Shown: piece by piece, positions 61,837-64,000 of the stretch
How positions within the stretch are numbered: the stretch's first letter is position 1
How the letters are laid out: the number at the start of each line of letters is the position of its first letter
NCBI GenBank assembly: GCA_963733295.1
Contig: CAVTCS010000003.1
Location: 1,984,001 to 2,048,000, forward strand
Length of the DNA stretch: 64,000 nt
Origin: Vulcanimicrobiota bacterium
GTDB taxonomy: Bacteria; Vulcanimicrobiota; Vulcanimicrobiia; Vulcanimicrobiales; Vulcanimicrobiaceae
Direction of reading: 5' to 3'
Notes under the pieces: generated by a model
What the model was told of the DNA's origin: nothing
Database searches by the model: none
The model's input: only the letters and a program-made list of their open reading frames with translations
Program-made: the position numbers and the translations under genes

Positions 61837-63435
61837 CTAGAGCGAACGTTTCGCACGCGCGATGAAATCGCGCTCGAGGCCTAAGATGTCCGCCAGCGCG
61901 ATCGCGTCGGAACTTCCCGCCGATCCGCTCGTTGCCGCGTTCAAGCGATGGTCCATTGCACCGGCGATGAGCGCCAGCGCGCCGGCCAGCGGCAGCGGCG
62001 CACCGTCGCGCGGCGGCAGCGCGCTCAGCCCGGCGATCGCATAGTGCGCGGCGCCCGCTGCTTCCGCGATGTTTGCGAGGTGCGTCGCTGCGAAAGCGTG
62101 AGCCTCGCGCGCGCTCAGCGTTCCTAAGAGAGCGATCAGCAGCGCGCGTCCTTCGCCCGGCGAAGTCGTGCGAGCGAACTCGTCGATCAGAACGAGCGCC
62201 GGCCCCGCAGGGCGCTCCAGCAGCTCGCGCAGTTCGACCAGCTCGTTTCCGAAGGCTGAAAGCAGCGCGGTTTCCTCGCTCGCGCGGCCGATGCCGATCC
62301 ATTCGATCTCGTCGAAAAGCGGGACGCGCGCGCTCGCTGCCGGCACCGGAACGCCGCGAGCGACGCACGCGGCGACGAAACCGCAGGTCCGCAAAGCGGC
62401 CGTTTTCCCGCCCATGTTCGGGCCGGTAACGACCGCGACGCGCTCGAGCGAAAGTGAGATCGGCTCGTACGGTCTGCCGGCGTCGGCCAGGCGTTCCTCG
62501 AGCGGCAAGAAGCGTGCGCGTTCGAACGCGAGCGGGCCCGCGCGTCCGATGATCTCGGGCTCGATCGTATCGTACGATTGCGCGAAGCGAACCCGAGCGA
62601 GAAAACCATCCAACGCACCGAGCGCATCGCAGGCCACCGTCACGCGCGGCGCGGTCTCGCGAACTTGCGCGGTGAGCTGCGCGCGCACCCGTTCTTCGCA
62701 CTCCGCGACGACGGTTTCGGCCGCTTCGCTTGCGGCCAGCGCCGCGAGCCCGGTCTCGCCGAGCACAAGCTCGCACAGCAGGTAGGTCGGCGCCTCGCGA
62801 ACGACGCGCACTCCTTCGGGAACGACGTCCGCAAGCTTCTCGCGCATCACGATGAACTCGCCGTCACGCAGGTGGTCAACGCCGAGCGCGCGAGCGACGC
62901 GCGCAGCAAGCGCGCTGCGTTCGCTATCGAGCGTTGCGCGGCGAGCCGCCGCGTCGCCGCGTGCAGCCGCGAGCTTCGGGTCGAACCGCTCGGCGAGAAA
63001 GAACGAACGCGCGGGGGTTCGACCCGGCGCGAGCGCACGCGCGAGATCGTCGAGCGGTTCCGCAACGGCGACGATTCCCTCCGGCAGCCCTTTCGTCAAC
63101 TCGCGAATCGCGCTCACCGCATCCAGAAAGCGCTGGAGTTCGAAGAAGTCGGTGTCGGCCAGGACATCGCCCGCGACGGCGCGCGCGACGATAGCCTCAG
63201 GGTCCGGCGCGTCCGCGATCTCCCGGCGCAGCGTTTCGAGCGTGGCGCGCTCGAGCGAGTTTGCTGCTCGAACGACGGCTCCGATCGCGCTGCGCGCGCT
63301 CGCTTCGTCGCCCGCGACGAAGGCACGCTCGCGACGCCGCGCGCGACGCCCGAGTTCCGCGACCGGCGCGATCGCAGCCTCGAGCCACGCGGCGCCGATC
63401 TCGTTCCCCGTTGCCTCGCTCCAGGGGAGCTTCAC
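61837..63435 (-). CDS. kamC: MutS-related ATPase, KamC-like (lysine 5,6-aminomutase reactivase)
   Basis: TGPNMGGKT, LSAFGNE, IDEFARTTSPGEG, ATH; no mismatch-binding or Smr domain; near kce. Confidence 0.65.
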   Translation of the reverse strand: MKLPWSEATGNEIGAAWLEAAIAPVAELGRRARRRERAFVAGDEASARSAIGAVVRAANSLERATLETLRREIADAPDPEAIVARAVAGDVLADTDFFELQRFLDAVSAIRELTKGLPEGIVAVAEPLDDLARALAPGRTPARSFFLAERFDPKLAAARGDAAARRATLDSERSALAARVARALGVDHLRDGEFIVMREKLADVVPEGVRVVREAPTYLLCELVLGETGLAALAASEAAETVVAECEERVRAQLTAQVRETAPRVTVACDALGALDGFLARVRFAQSYDTIEPEIIGRAGPLAFERARFLPLEERLADAGRPYEPISLSLERVAVVTGPNMGGKTAALRTCGFVAACVARGVPVPAASARVPLFDEIEWIGIGRASEETALLSAFGNELVELRELLERPAGPALVLIDEFARTTSPGEGRALLIALLGTLSAREAHAFAATHLANIAEAAGAAHYAIAGLSALPPRDGAPLPLAGALALIAGAMDHRLNAATSGSAGSSDAIALADILGLERDFIARAKRSL

Positions 63436-64000
63436 GCGGCCGTCCCGGCGTACACGTCGAAAGCCGGCAGTCCGGTCGCGCTCGCGACGCCGTGCAGAAA
63501 CGCTGCCGGCTCGAAGCTACGCTCCTGCGCGAGCGACGCGATCGTGCATGCAACCGGCACGAGCGGATGCCGGCAGCGGAGCGCGAGGCGCTCCGCCAGC
63601 CGCAGAAAAGCGCCTCCGCTGAAGGCGATGCGCGTCGGATCCCGCACGACGACTTGGCGGCGCTCGCTCTGCGCGGCCAACCTCGCAGCGTGCTCGAGGC
63701 TGAGCGCACCCTCGATGGCGAGCATCTCGTGCGCGGGATCGACTCGCGCAATGCGCAAGCGCGCGACGAGCGCGGCGGCCGCTTCGACGGCGTGCGCCAG
63801 CGTCGGCGCACTCGCCGCTCCAGTCGCCACCACGATGGCATCCTGCCCGTCGCGCAAAGCCGCTATTCGATCGACCGCGCCGTCGATCAGGACGAAATGC
63901 GCGCCGAGCTCTTCGAAATACGTGGCGATGCGGCGCAACGCGTTCGCCTGCGGCGGACCGGCGATCTCGAACCGGCCCGGCGCGCGAACCCGCGCAAAGA
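63432..64000 (-). CDS. kamB: KamB-like protein, 5'-truncated by window edge
   Basis: GRFEIAGP, VLIDGAVDR, DAIVVATGA; stop overlaps the kamC-like start. Confidence 0.6.
   Translation of the reverse strand, partial: FARVRAPGRFEIAGPPQANALRRIATYFEELGAHFVLIDGAVDRIAALRDGQDAIVVATGAASAPTLAHAVEAAAALVARLRIARVDPAHEMLAIEGALSLEHAARLAAQSERRQVVVRDPTRIAFSGGAFLRLAERLALRCRHPLVPVACTIASLAQERSFEPAAFLHGVASATGLPAFDVYAGTAA

Noticed and set aside
61837..63435. Mismatch-repair MutS or MutS2
   Set aside because: Too short, lacks mismatch-binding and Smr domains; context fits KamC
1..64000. CRISPR array, rRNA, prophage genes
   Set aside because: No repeat-spacer array, rRNA or phage structural motifs seen

Overview
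High-GC bacterial chromosome segment. Gene style suggests Eremiobacterota, but this is a low-confidence inference. Isolated single-base indels split many conserved genes and are probably consensus errors. 1-43.7 kb is mostly housekeeping and accessory genes: glcDE, a fluoroacetate-dehalogenase-type hydrolase, a cyclase-STAND protein, pepP, a redox cluster, ABC systems, malic enzyme, dacB, mmcB, an RND pump, a Liv-type transporter with an amidase, and a foreign FGE-fold/NarK-like pair. tRNA-Leu(GAG) lies at 43975-44058. A lower-GC island (~44.2-55.07 kb) holds an orphan Rhs toxin with a phospholipase A2 tip plus a candidate immunity gene, a separate IS3, and three nested elements: IS3 > IS110/IS1111 > IS256. 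Best finding: the IS1111-type element has exactly definable ends (51348-54127) and a readable bridge-RNA-like structure whose guide strands match its insertion site in the IS3 transposase gene; IS256 later landed between the target and donor loops. The window ends with oppCB, kce, two tandem S53 peptidases and kamC/kamB-like genes.
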